DNA from: Pelomyxa schiedti
Lineage: Eukaryota > Protista > Evosea
Length of the DNA stretch: 64,000 bases
Direction of reading: 5' to 3'
Assembly: GCA_020536535.1 (NCBI GenBank)
Contig: JAHLWZ010000839.1
Location: 21,930 to 85,929, forward strand
Position 1 is the first letter of the stretch. Every line of letters starts with the position of its first letter. The notes under the pieces were generated by a model that had not been told where the DNA came from, made no database searches, and worked only from the letters and a program-made list of their open reading frames with translations. The translations under genes and the position numbers were made by a program. Positions 39,301 through 51,474 of this stretch are shown piece by piece.

Positions 39301-42300
39301 CGCTTGCAATTGCACTTATTGGAGACCCGAAAGGTTTAACTTGATCTCGATTTAGGAATTTTCCTTATTTGTACACACCGAGATTAAAACAATACAGTTG
39401 TGTTCCTTGATGAACCCAGCAGGTTATGAGTCTTTGTTTCATCAAGTAAGTTAACATATTCAAGTGGTGTAGACACACTTTCAAGGAGTAAAATATGGAA
39501 GCTTCTGAAGACCACAAAAGAAAATAAAACTGTTGTTCTCACCACTCATAGCATGGAAGGTGAATTTACTTTACCTGTTTCACAATATGCTCAAAACAAA
39601 CAACCACAGAGGCTGACTTTTTAAGCGATCAGATCTTCATAATGGCAAACGGAAAGGTGAGTTCCCAAACCAAATTAGAGAAATTTTTCCCCTTAAAAAC
39701 CCAACAACAGCTTCGATGTGGAGGGACTCCTCAATTCCTCAAACAAAGGTAGTTACACCAACAAGACACTTGACTACATTACCACTAAACACTAGATACG
39801 GAATTGGATATTATCTTCACATCAACAAAACCTCCTCATGCGTAACAGCTGATGTAATGTCTTTTCTATCCAAAATCATTTCTGAACCAAAGCTGTGCAA
39901 TGAATCACATAGTAATTTGGATATTCTCCTTCCACGCGCAGAAACTCACCACTTCAGCTCTCTTTTTGAAGTATAGATCTCTTTCTATACTTAAAATTGA
40001 CTGGGTACCAGCAATTAGAAGCACTAAAGGATGGACTACAAATAGAAAGCTATGGGCTATCAAACACTTCTCTAGAAGATGTGTTTCTTCGCATAACTAG
40101 CACAGCCACAGCACCAGAAATCTCTGGTGAATCCCCTGGTATCCAACCCAAACTGGGTGTTCAAACACCAGACGAGCCAGAGGAAGAAGCTCCATTGATG
40201 AATGAAGAGGCATCTCCTTTTCTTTTGCATTCCACTGTGCCTTACGCATTCTTCTCCTTATAGCATATTGATGTTGCAGCAACTATGTTTGACCAATTAT
40301 ATGCTTTATGTAAGCAAAGGTTTCTGTTAAATTGGGCAAGTATTCGGGAATATAACCTTCGAAAATGGCTGACCGCAACCTTTTTCATGTAGCGTAATTG
40401 GAAACAACTTATATTTGCTATCATTGCTCCAGCCATCATTGTTTTGATTATTCTTATCCCACTTGAGGTTACTTTTATCTGCCCTTGTTTTTGTTATAAA
40501 AAAAACAAACAAAAAAAAAAAAAGCTCACTGCATACGCTATGCCTCAAGCTAAAGTGGAAAATCAAGAAGTTTCCCTTTCTGATTTTGCTCCATTAGAAA
40601 TTCCTTATCTTGTATATCCAGGTTTGGAAGAGTTATTTCTTACACCCAGATCTAAAATATGATTTCAGGATGTAATCCACTAGATGTCTCGCATTTCATA
40701 AATGTTTCAAGCGCGGTTGGCTTTGATGTAAACTTCACCCAGATGACAGATTTGGGTACACTGGAAAACTATACAATGGACAAACAGGGCTTTATCCTTG
40801 CGTTGCTATTCAATAGCTTCAGTATTCAAAATTTAGTTTTCAATGTCACTGTATTTTTTCCCCTCTAAACAATCCCAACATTACTTATGTTTACCTTAAG
40901 CTGATGTATAATCAAAGTGAACCAAACTCCCCGGTAGCTTCACTCAATTTCTTATCCAACTCTCTGGCTTCATCTCTCGATTTAAATTATTACGTGACTG
41001 CAAATAGCTATCCTCTCCCTAGTGCTACTTATGGTATTCCAGAGAATTTCCTTGCGTTTCTCCCAAACTTCCTTCCAGAGTCGACTGCAGCAATCTCCTC
41101 TTATGTTTATTTCATGTTTTTGCTCGGGTTGATGGTAGTAAGTGCCTTGGGGGCAAAACACCTTGTTTTCCAGAGAGAAACTATGCTACGCTCACAGATG
41201 TATTTGTCTGGCCTACGGTTACCACCCTATTTCTCTTTTTTTCTCTTACCATTCTAGAATCTCTGTCTATATCATGACAAACTGGTTGGCTGACATTCTC
41301 ATTTTACTTCCTGGTGTAGTCCTTGTGTGGGCTACTTTTTGGGCCTTCCAAGTATCCTTCTTTTTCTGTTCTCATACCTTACGCGTTTCAGGTCCCTGGA
41401 TTGACGGGAATTTTATTTATTCCCTTCATGCTGTTGTGCATTCTATTTATCATTTCCCTGGTGATAATGAACCACGCCATTTCTAATTTATTCTCTAAAT
41501 CAGAGTTTTGCCTAAGTAAGAGTTCCGTACAAATTCTGGTTCTAATGTTAGCCATGTAGAATGGATTGTAATAATCAATTTCTGCATCACACTCATACCA
41601 ATTGCTGTTATGTGTGCCTCACTCTCCCTAGTATTTTTCTTATGAGCTTCTTTTTTGCAACAGATCTTTACTTCTCATTTTTAATCAAACTGGGCAACTA
41701 GGGGAGGTTATTACTGAAGTTTCTCCTTATATTGCCAACTGCCTTCCTTCCTCTGCATTCGTTTCTGGAATGAGGTCCTATAAAGATTGTATGCCCCAAC
41801 TGTCTTATATCCAGCAGTTATCTTGCGGCTTTGACAAATTCTGTCAAGAAGCCCACAATCTCGGATGCTTTCACTTGGGACAGCAAATTTCCACTGAGCT
41901 TACTGGCCATATCCCTTGAAACATTAATACTTGCCACTATTTTGGTTTTATTCGAGTATTTGTCACAAAGGGTAAATATGTCAAAGAAACCATTCACGTA
42001 TGCTCTTAAGATTTGCTTATTAGTTTGTTTCACATATCTAATAGCCGTCTTCTCCACGAGAACCCACTTGAAGATTCTGATGTACATGAAGAACGCCTCA
42101 GAGTTGAATCAAACCAAAGTAATCTTTCTTCGAAATTTGAAACAAAGTATGACGACCTGCTAGCTGAAAATGATATCGTTGTTGTCAACAAAGTGTCCAA
42201 AGCTTATCGCACCGATTTTGTTGTGAAGAATACCTCCTTTGGAATAGCACCTGAAGAATGCTTTGGGCTTCTTGGGTTCGTACTACTACTTTTCCCCCGA

Positions 42301-43624
42301 TCTTCATTCTGACTCCTCACTAACTAGTCCAAATGGAGCTGGCAAAACAACGACAATCAGTATGATTACCGGGGATCAGCCTGTTTCATTTGGCAGCATA
42401 ACATTACAAAATCAACCTGTCCGGGGGTTGAAGGAATCCATTTACGCACAGCAACGATTAGGGAGGTGCTTGCAGTCTAACGCTATCATTGACTATCTCA
42501 CAGGGTAGGGTTATTTTTTTTCTTCTGCTCCTTTACTCACATTTCTTAGCCGTGAGCACCTGGAACTATTTTATAGAATTCGGCACCACTCTACCAAACA
42601 ATTACGAGAAATGGTAATCAATAAGGTCATTCAGGAGCTAGGTTTGGCCTTCCTGTTGTTTACACAGGCATAACGTTCGCTCTCTTAGACCTGGTCGAAG
42701 TAGCTGACAGAATTGCTAAGGTTTACAGTGGAGGAAATTGGCGCAAGGTACTCCTCACTATTTCCTTGTACAAATTACCTCACCATGATGGTTGGGGAAA
42801 TAGCTTTGTGTAGCCATTGCGACACTGCCTGGAAATAAGTATCAAAATTTTACTTGTATTCTTGTTTGCCTTAAGTTCTCAATAGGATTATTTTCTTGGA
42901 TGAACCCAGTACCGGAATGGACCCTGTAACCCGCAGGGCCCTGTGGAGTGTAGTACATCAGGTATTTCAATCTCCCATATGCGCCAATTAATACTGTTCT
43001 TCACACATCGTTTTTCCAGGAGAGAGAACAGCATAAGCGGGCTGTTATACTTACAACGCATTCAATGGAGGTAATGGAATACATCCAACATCTACTTAAC
43101 ATTTGGACAGGAAGCCGAAAATCTATGCACCAAGCTAGCTATTATTGTAAAAGGCAGCATTCCAACTTATTTTCTGTACATTAACAGCTTAAATAAAGGT
43201 GAACTGCAATGCTTGGGCACAGTACAACACCTGAAGGCAAAATTCAGCGGTGGTTACCGCCTTTCTGTGCAGCTTGCACCTTCTACACCTGTTGAATCGT
43301 TTACCCAGTAACGAACTTCATAAATACACGCTCTTCAAACTAATCCCAACTAGAACTGTTGAGAACTTATTCCCAGGAGCGCAAATAGTGAGTCAATTCC
43401 TTGACCGAAGAACCTATTCCGTAGGAGGCTCCAAATTCTCCCTTTCCCGAGCCTTCAACGAATTGGAAGCTGCCAAAAGTTCTGGAGGTATGGTGCCCTC
43501 AGCAAATAGACAAAAACTTATAACTCCCGCAGTTGTCATCGATTATTCGCTCTATCAAACATCACTGGAGGAAGTGTTCCTCCAACTGGCCAGCAAACAG
43601 GAGGAAGATCACCAGGCCGTCTGA
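36374..43624 (+). CDS. ABC transporter subfamily A (full-size, 2 TMD + 2 NBD)
   Basis: N-terminal [24 protein letters not shown] and [15 protein letters not shown]1: [42 protein letters not shown]2: [33 protein letters not shown]-terminal QTSLEEVFL. Confidence 0.95.
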
Positions 43625-43895
43625 TCATTGAACCCAACGCAATGTAACTTTCGGCTGCCCAAAAAAGAACCAATTGACATTTCATTTTTTTCTGCTTTGG
43701 CTATTGCGTTTTCCCAAACGGCCTTCACCATTGATTTTCCCACCAACTATCAACTCGGCAACAGCAACATCCACACTCTCCCCAACTTTCCCCCGCGACA
43801 ACCACGAAACTAATAACAAAAAAAACCCACAAACAAAAAAAGACAAAACCAACCGCTAGCCCGCCCCACTCGCGCTCACGAGCGAGCCCGCGCTC

Positions 43896-46800
43896 ATGTC
43901 GATGATGGACCAACAGAGCATCACCAACAACGGGATTCGCACTCCGCCGCCGATTCCGCGCAATAGCCAGAGGCGCGGCGCGCTGCCGTCGCTGAGCACC
44001 AGCCCAGGGCAGCAACAGCAGATACACCCACAGCAGCAACAACAGACATCCCCTATATCAATACCAACATCAAACAACAACAACGCAACAACCAACATTA
44101 TGATGTTGAACACCACCAACAACAACAATGGCAACGGCAACAGTATGTACAGCAACAACAACAGCATAGGGGGAGGGTGCGGGTTCGAGACCGGCGGCGG
44201 GCATTCGCCGATTCTGACACAGACACAGGGCGGAGCGAGGAACGGGAGGTCGTCGAGTGTGATGACTCCATCTCCTACTAAACCGAGAGGAGGTGACAGG
44301 GACAGGGACAGGGAGGGGAGCAACAGGGACCCATCACCTTCTTATAATGGGGGTGGGGGTGGTATGAGTGCCAATGTGAATTTGAGCTTGAATGGGACTG
44401 GGATTGGGACTGGAACTGGCACTGGGACGGTAACTGCAGTCGGAACCGGCGGTGTCAACAATGCCAGCTTCAATGTAAATTCCAATGGAATGAGGCAAAA
44501 GGATAGGGGCCGGGAGAGGGATACATCACCCGGACGCACTCTTCCACCTGTGGGAAACAGTGTGGTTGAGGGGAGGTCCCTGTCCTCATCACCGCCGACG
44601 ACGAAGGCTAGGCCTGGGCCTATGGGAACAAGCCCTACGGCTCAACCATTTCTGGCACCCATCAACTTGGCCCAGACTTCTGTAAATCCAAGGGCTTCTG
44701 GAGGGGGTGGAACCCAGTTCCAGGTGGAAATACACAGGCCAAAGCTAACTACTACCGCCACAGCCCACTGTGGGGAAGTGCACTGTGATACAGCTGAAGG
44801 TAGGGCCTCTGAAAACCCCGGGAGTCCGATTAAGAGTAAGCCTCTTCAGCCTTCTTCTCCATCATCACCATTCAAAACATACACCCCAGCCTCTCCTCAA
44901 ATGAATGTATCTACTCCTCCTGTAAATATGGCCACCGATTTAGAGTCTTCTGATACCGCTTCATCTTGTTCTTCGCATTCTAATGATGCATTGGGCCAGT
45001 CCTCATCGTCGTCATCTTCACAAATGTCCTTAAGTGGGGCCCTTATTCCGGACTCAACAGTCGCCAGTGATGGCGTGACAATGACGGAAGGCCGGGAAGA
45101 AATGTCTGACAACCACCCAACAGCAAGCTCCGTTGGCAACGGTGAAGCACGGAACTGCCCAAGGACTGCAGTTAAAAATATTGATGGTGAGGACACAGAG
45201 GGCTACACAGTAAAAAACTTTCTCCTTGGCAAAGACCTTGGAGCTGGGGCCACAGGTAAGTCAGAAAGGATTTCGAGAACCTTAACCTCTGTAATAGGTA
45301 AAGTCAAACTTGGGCTCCACAAAGACAACGGGTACAAAGTCGCAATCAAGATGATTGATAAAGACAACATGAAAGACAAAGTTACTGCACAAAAGAAAAT
45401 TTTGAGGGAAATAGGCTTACACAGGCTGATAGATCACCCTCATGTTCTGAAACTGTACGTGAAGCTAATCTATTTTATATTTAACGGCTGATTTTTTTGT
45501 AACAGGTATGATGTATACGAAACGAACCGCTATCTGTGAGTGTTAACTATTTCTTCCATGTAATGTCCCAGAAGAAATTAACGACTGTAAGAATGCTTAT
45601 ACTTGAATATGCGGAAGGAGGTGATTTGTTCAATTATGTGAGGCATTGTCCTGTGGTTTTGTCCGAGGCACAAAGAATATTTCAGCAATTAATATATGGA
45701 CTGGAGTACTGTCATGCTATTGGCATATCGTACACCCTCTGTCCATCTTCCAATTAAACCTAACTTTTTTTCTTCAAGTCATCGAGATTTGAAACTAGGT
45801 TTTCCTTTCCATTTTGCTACTCAAAACCCTTAACTCCCTTTTCTCAGAAAACATGTCTGTTTCCCCTAAATGACTTACTCCTGACACTTTATCTTCCTCA
45901 CTTTAGTTTATTAGACAAGCAACGAAATGTTAAAATTGCCGTATCTCTCTTCCACAAATGCGTCTATATCAACATATTTCCAGGATTTTGGGATGTCTGC
46001 ACTAATGATCAATAACCACCTTCTTGTAACCAGTTGTGGGAAAGTGTTCACAATTCCTTTTTCACGCTCTGATTTTTTTTTTCCCCCACAGATCCCCGCA
46101 CTACGTTAGCCCAGAAGTTGCAACGGTACTTTGAATTTGCTATTTAAACTCAGATGACATTCCACAGGGCTCATCTTATGAAGGAAAACCTTCCGATATT
46201 TGGAGTTGTGGTGTAATTCTCTATGCCCTTACCACTGTTGAGTACTATGTTTCCTTTTAGTTGATTAGTTTCCTAACTTGCGCTAAGGGGAAATTACCTT
46301 TTACAGCGGCAGATGGAAATACAAGAGAAGTGGTGAGAATTTCCGTCTTCCTTTTTTATTTGTCTCACTGATCGTTATGAATTGCAAATAACTTTCACAG
46401 TTGGCTAAGGTAATGAGTTTCCATCTATATGAATCTAATCTGTATAGGTCAAAGACGGTCTATATTCCCTTCCTCCAGATATGCATCCAGACCTACGTGG
46501 TCTCATTTCTTCAATGCTCGTGGTCAATCCAGCACACAGAATTACAGTTGAGGGAATTAAAAGGAATCCGTGGTTTATGTCTTCAGGATACCATCCAATC
46601 CCTGTTCCTCTAGAAGATCACGTGTGCCTTAAATGAATTGATTTCTCCACACTCACTATTTTAGACACCACCCCTGAGAAGTTGTGAAATTGACACTAAC
46701 ATCTTACAAACATTGTCTTCCTTTGGAGTTGGCACAGTTGAAGAAATCTACTCTGCTCTCACATACACTGATATTTCGGCGTACGCCCTTTTTTGGCTGT

Positions 46801-47444
46801 TGCAAATTGTAATCACATCCACAGCAATAATGTTATTAGAGCATACTACAGGATTCTCCTCAGGCGTTGCTCTCACCAATTTCCCGAATACCAGAAGTGT
46901 GTGCCCTTTTTTTCTATTGTTTTTGATGTTTACCTGGAAACTATCCCACCTCCCAGGGGCTGCTCTCCTCCCAAGTCCGACTGTAACGAGATAAAGTATC
47001 TTACCGCTTCGCAATTAAACATGTTCTTATAATCCACTATAGGGCAGCAGCCAAACATGGGTGGAGCAGCGTGTTTGAGAACTTCCGGCCTCTGAGCAGA
47101 CCGCTTACTTACCCCTCCACACTAGCACCCAATGATCTGCACTCGGCTATACGCACTGTACTGCTGAACTTAGGATTCCACATTCATACCGAAACCAGCA
47201 CTGATAGCATCTATCGGGCTACCTATAACACACCACTGGGTACATCTTTTTCTCTGGGTAATGAATTCCACTAATATTCCTCTTTTTGCATTATGTAGCT
47301 GGTGGTAGTCTGTCTATTGTGGTGCTGATTCACACAGTGCAAGTACGAGGCCTCAACTTCTTTATTGAAGTACGCATGGAGAATGGAAGCAATAGGCTTT
47401 GGGAAATTATCTCTACTCTGTTTCATATTGAAAATAAGTTGTAA
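43896..47444 (+). CDS. CAMKL-group (BRSK/AMPK-related) Ser/Thr kinase with long low-complexity N-terminus; likely UBA and KA1-like C-terminal regions
   Basis: LGAGATGKVKLG, VAIKMI, HPHVLKLYDVYET, LEYAEGGDLF, HRDLKLENILLD, KIADFGMS, TSCGSPHYVSPE and DIWSCGVILYAL, reconstructed over many short exons. Confidence 0.92.
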
Positions 47445-47612
47445 TTTATGAGAGAAACCAAAAATGCAAATCGAAAAATGCGTGACACCCCTTTTTTCCC
47501 CTATCCCCATCGAGGCAGAAAAAGAAGATTGATGATGATCGGAAGACAAAAAAGAACAAAAAAAAAACAAAACAACAAGGAAAAAGAAAGGACCAACCAG
47601 ACACATTCCGGG

Positions 47613-49147
47613 ATGCCGAAGCACCCAGCGCAACAACCGGGGAGTGGTGTCAACGACCCCCACCAGGGACGCCGAGAGGCGCCGCGGAGGCCCCACCCGC
47701 CCAGCGGCTCGGCCACCAAGAAAAAGCACCCGGGGAGCCTCGCGGCCAAGAAAAAGTTGCCCGCCGCGGCCAAGCACCAAGACAGCGACGCCACCTCGAG
47801 CGGCAGCGAGGACTACTACGACTACTCCACCGGGGGCTGCAGCGGGGGCGGCGGGGGCGGCGGGGGCGCCGGCGGCTACGAGGGAGAGGGAGAGGGCGAG
47901 GGGGAGGGGGAGGAAGAAGGCGAGGGGCACCGGCACCGCCACCGAGGGAGTCCCTGGCCGAGAGCGAGGACGAGGAGGGAGGGCAGCTGGTTGTGGAGAC
48001 CAACGGAGATGGACGGCGGTTGTGGGTGTGTACGATAGTCAAGGGGGGATGTCTGGCCACCAGCCCAGGGGGGCTTTTTGGGGAGTGGGGGCAGCGGGAC
48101 GTCTAGTTTGCGTGCCGTGCACTATTCCCATAATTGCCTCGCGGGGCTACTTTGCTCTTGCTTGGCGGCAGGGGTGGTTTGCTGACTACTGTGGTGTTGT
48201 GTCTGTGCTTTTGCTGGGTTCAAAAGACATTCCAGTGGGGCAGGGCATAAATCAGTAGGAAACAAAAAGAAACATAATAAAGTACCACTCCCACCAAGTA
48301 ACAGCGGGATGTGCTTTGCTTGATTTTGCCTTTTCAAAAACTTCTGGTGCTTGGTTCATTGTCCTGAAGAAGGTGGTAAGGTAAATGTTGGTCTCTGAGT
48401 ATTACTGTTGTAGTTGTATTAATTCACACTTGGGTTACAGTCCCAGGACTTTTTACTACATGAAGAGTGAAGGCTATTTTCCAAGTAGACCCTGGTGTCC
48501 CAACCTTGCTTCTGCCACAGAAGATCCAATGGGTGATCTGTTGTGGCCCAGAAGATCTTCCTCAGTGTACTCCCTTTCACTCTCTTGAGAGATGTCTCAA
48601 CTACCATCACACACTGTAGAGCCCTACAAAGAACATAGAACAGTCTCAAACTGAGATAGTGTGCATAAAGCACTGACCAGAGATTTCAGAGGGTATCAGA
48701 AAGCTCGGTTTTCTTATCCTTGCTCCCCTCTTGTTATACCATATGTTTCCTCATGTTCAGTCACTGGTTTTCTTCCAATGTCAAGCACCTCTCCATGTTT
48801 GACCACATTTTGAAACTCACTGCTTTTGTGGATACTGTTGCAGGATTCAGAAGAAAGGGTTGGCATTGGAAGAAACCCAGTGATCAAACATGAGAAAACA
48901 AATGGTAAAACAAAAGGAGCAAAGAAGAATGGTTGAGTTTGTTTCCTGGGAAGGATATCTACCAAGCCACAGTAGATGTTACATCACCATCACCCAAGCT
49001 CAGGAACCAAGGAATAAAGTAAAGTTTGGAGAAGAACAGAACCCCTTTCATCCCCTATCATTCTTTAACAAGTTCACACATGGTGGAGGACTGTTACCTA
49101 GAAATGGTCCATTGGGTGGAAGAACAAGGTTGACTTGCACAAAGTGA
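47613..49147 (+). other. Unresolved hypothetical gene or degenerate gene
   Basis: A GC-rich first-exon-like ORF starts at ATG 47613 (MPKHPAQQPG...), like the starts of neighbouring genes. No consistent spliced frame or known domain could be built downstream. Confidence 0.3.
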
Positions 49148-49440
49148 AAAAACAAAAGGGAACAAAAAAAAGCAGTTGGATGAGACTGTGAAGAGCCCCA
49201 GTGGAGCATACTGCTGCATCAAGACTCAACCTGAGTTTCTGAGTGGAACTCGGTCGTGGTCTGCCGCGATCGTTCTATAGTTCAACTTGCCTGGACAACA
49301 ACCAAGTATCTTGTGGAATCGATCGAAGGTATTGGACCCATCTGATCAGTGTTCGCCGAATCAGAAACACTTTTTCGGTTTCGTTTTCGGCGCTAGGGGA
49401 GACAGCAACGTTCTGGCGCTGTTGCAGAAGTACGCGTTGA

Positions 49441-51378
49441 ATGAGCCGATTTTTTACGTTCTTGAAGTCGGGGCTCTCGTCGGCCAATTCGGCCCTCGAC
49501 AAGGCTGGCGACGCCGTCGTACAGGCCCTACAGTTGGACGGCCCAGTCCCACAATCCCCGTCGGGGTCTCGAAGTAAAGAGCAACCCCGTCCCACAATTC
49601 CTACCGCACAGCCCTCCACGGCACTCTCCGGCTCTACAGGAGAATCTACCGCCACTTCACCGACGGACCTCACGAAGTCCCAGCCGACAGAGGGAGAGGT
49701 CGACGCCGAAGCAGCGGCGGAAGGTGATTATGGGAACGACGAACAGAATGCTGCAGAAACCGCAGGAGGAGACGGAGGCGCCGACAGTGGCATTGCCGAT
49801 GACGTCACAAACACCGTTGATGATGAGCAGAATCAAGAGGATCAACAGGTCGATATACAAACAGACGAGAACCTGACTGCTGAGAATCAACTGGAACAAG
49901 GAATTGGAGGACAGGAGGATTCCAATCGAGAACAACAGAACCAGGGAACTGGTGGGGAGTTCCCTGCACTTCCACCGTCGCTGCAAATGCCACTGCTGCC
50001 TACTTCCACTTCAGCTTCCAAGAAAGTTGCAACAACACCACAGAAGCCTTTCTTTAAGGACTTCTTCTCTCTGAGTAAGTTCACTTATTCCTCTTCCTTT
50101 CCTAAAGTACTCATCAAAATTGTTATCATCAGATACTCTCAGTCAATTGATGATGGACACAACACCTGTGCAAGTAACTGTTCCAGATGACTTGTGTGAT
50201 GGATTGAACTTCCTTGCTGGCAAAGAACTGTTGAATCACTACAGTCAAATGGTTTTCGCACTTCAATTTATGCCAACTGTTCCTTACATACTCTTTAAGA
50301 TTACCGATATGAGAAAAACCCACACACGTTTAGGGCGTCTTGTGGAAGATGCCGAAGTTAGAGTTCCCCCAATGGTAACGAAATGTAAATTGGAAGTGGT
50401 CACAATGCAAAAATTTCACCAAGAGCTGCAAGTGTTGCCTCGAATCTCCACTACTATTGCTTCCATGCGAGAAAGAGTGCTGGTACAGATTCCTTTTTTT
50501 TTTAGTTTGCACCCCAGTTTCACTGAAAATAGGCTGCAGCAAATGTTATGCAAGAATTGGAAGCTCGCATCTCTGTGCAGAGCGAGCTAGTTGCGGCCGC
50601 CCAGCATGAGGCCTGGAAGCAACAGCAAAGGAAAAAATTAGCTGAGTATAAGCAGATGAAAAAGGAGCAATTACAAGAAGCTGACGAGGAATATTCTATG
50701 AGAGGGGAAGTGGAAATACCGCTGTTTTCTTTCTTGACAACACCCGTCGTTGTGCCCAGGTCAACTCCAGAAAAGAAAAAGCACCACTCACACAAGAAGC
50801 ACCACAGTCACCATGAACACAAGAAGCGTGACACACACAAGCACCACCATTCACACACTAAGCGCAAATCAAAATCCAAAACGAAGCACATGCCAAAACC
50901 AGCAGCTCCATCCACACCATCAAAACCGGCACCAAGCAGCACTTCCGCAACAACAATACCAGCAACACCCTCCACATCTTCTTCCACACCAGCATCAACA
51001 CCATCTAAAACATCCGGGGCACTAGAAAAGCTTATCATCGAGCAGGACCCTGCCCTACTTGGCCAATTCCTTGCTTGGCATGCATCACAGCAACAGTCCC
51101 AACAACCACAAGCAACACCAAGTAAATCCAAGCACAAGGCATCGTCCAAATCCTCAAAATCCAAGTCCAAATCCAAGTCCTCCAAGTCTAAATCCAAATC
51201 AAGGAGGAAGAAGCATGTGAGTACATCCAGTAGCAGCTCAGTTGAAAGTACTGACGAGTCGTCTGAATCCTCTGGCTCCGAAGAAATGTCCTCAAGTTCC
51301 AACACTGACACTGATACTGACAGTGATACAACCTCGAGCACTTCTGGTGCTGACGGTTCATCGTCCTCAAGCTCCTAA
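49441..51378 (+). CDS. Dysbindin-like (BLOC-1 subunit) coiled-coil protein with acidic N-terminal and K/H/S-rich C-terminal extensions
   Basis: Spliced core AGKELLNHYSQM..FHQELQVLPRISTTIASM..ELEARI..EAWKQQQRKKLAEYKQMKKEQL matches the spacing of the dysbindin coiled coil as recalled (AGLELLSRYE..LQEQLQQLP..QQLENYKKNKRKEL). Confidence 0.65.
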
Positions 51379-51474
51379 TTTAACCCCCAATATCAAAAAC
51401 ACAAGTGTTTTATTAGCCTAAACGAAAAACCCTCCCAAAAGTTTTTTTCAACCCATCAATCCAAACAAAACAAC

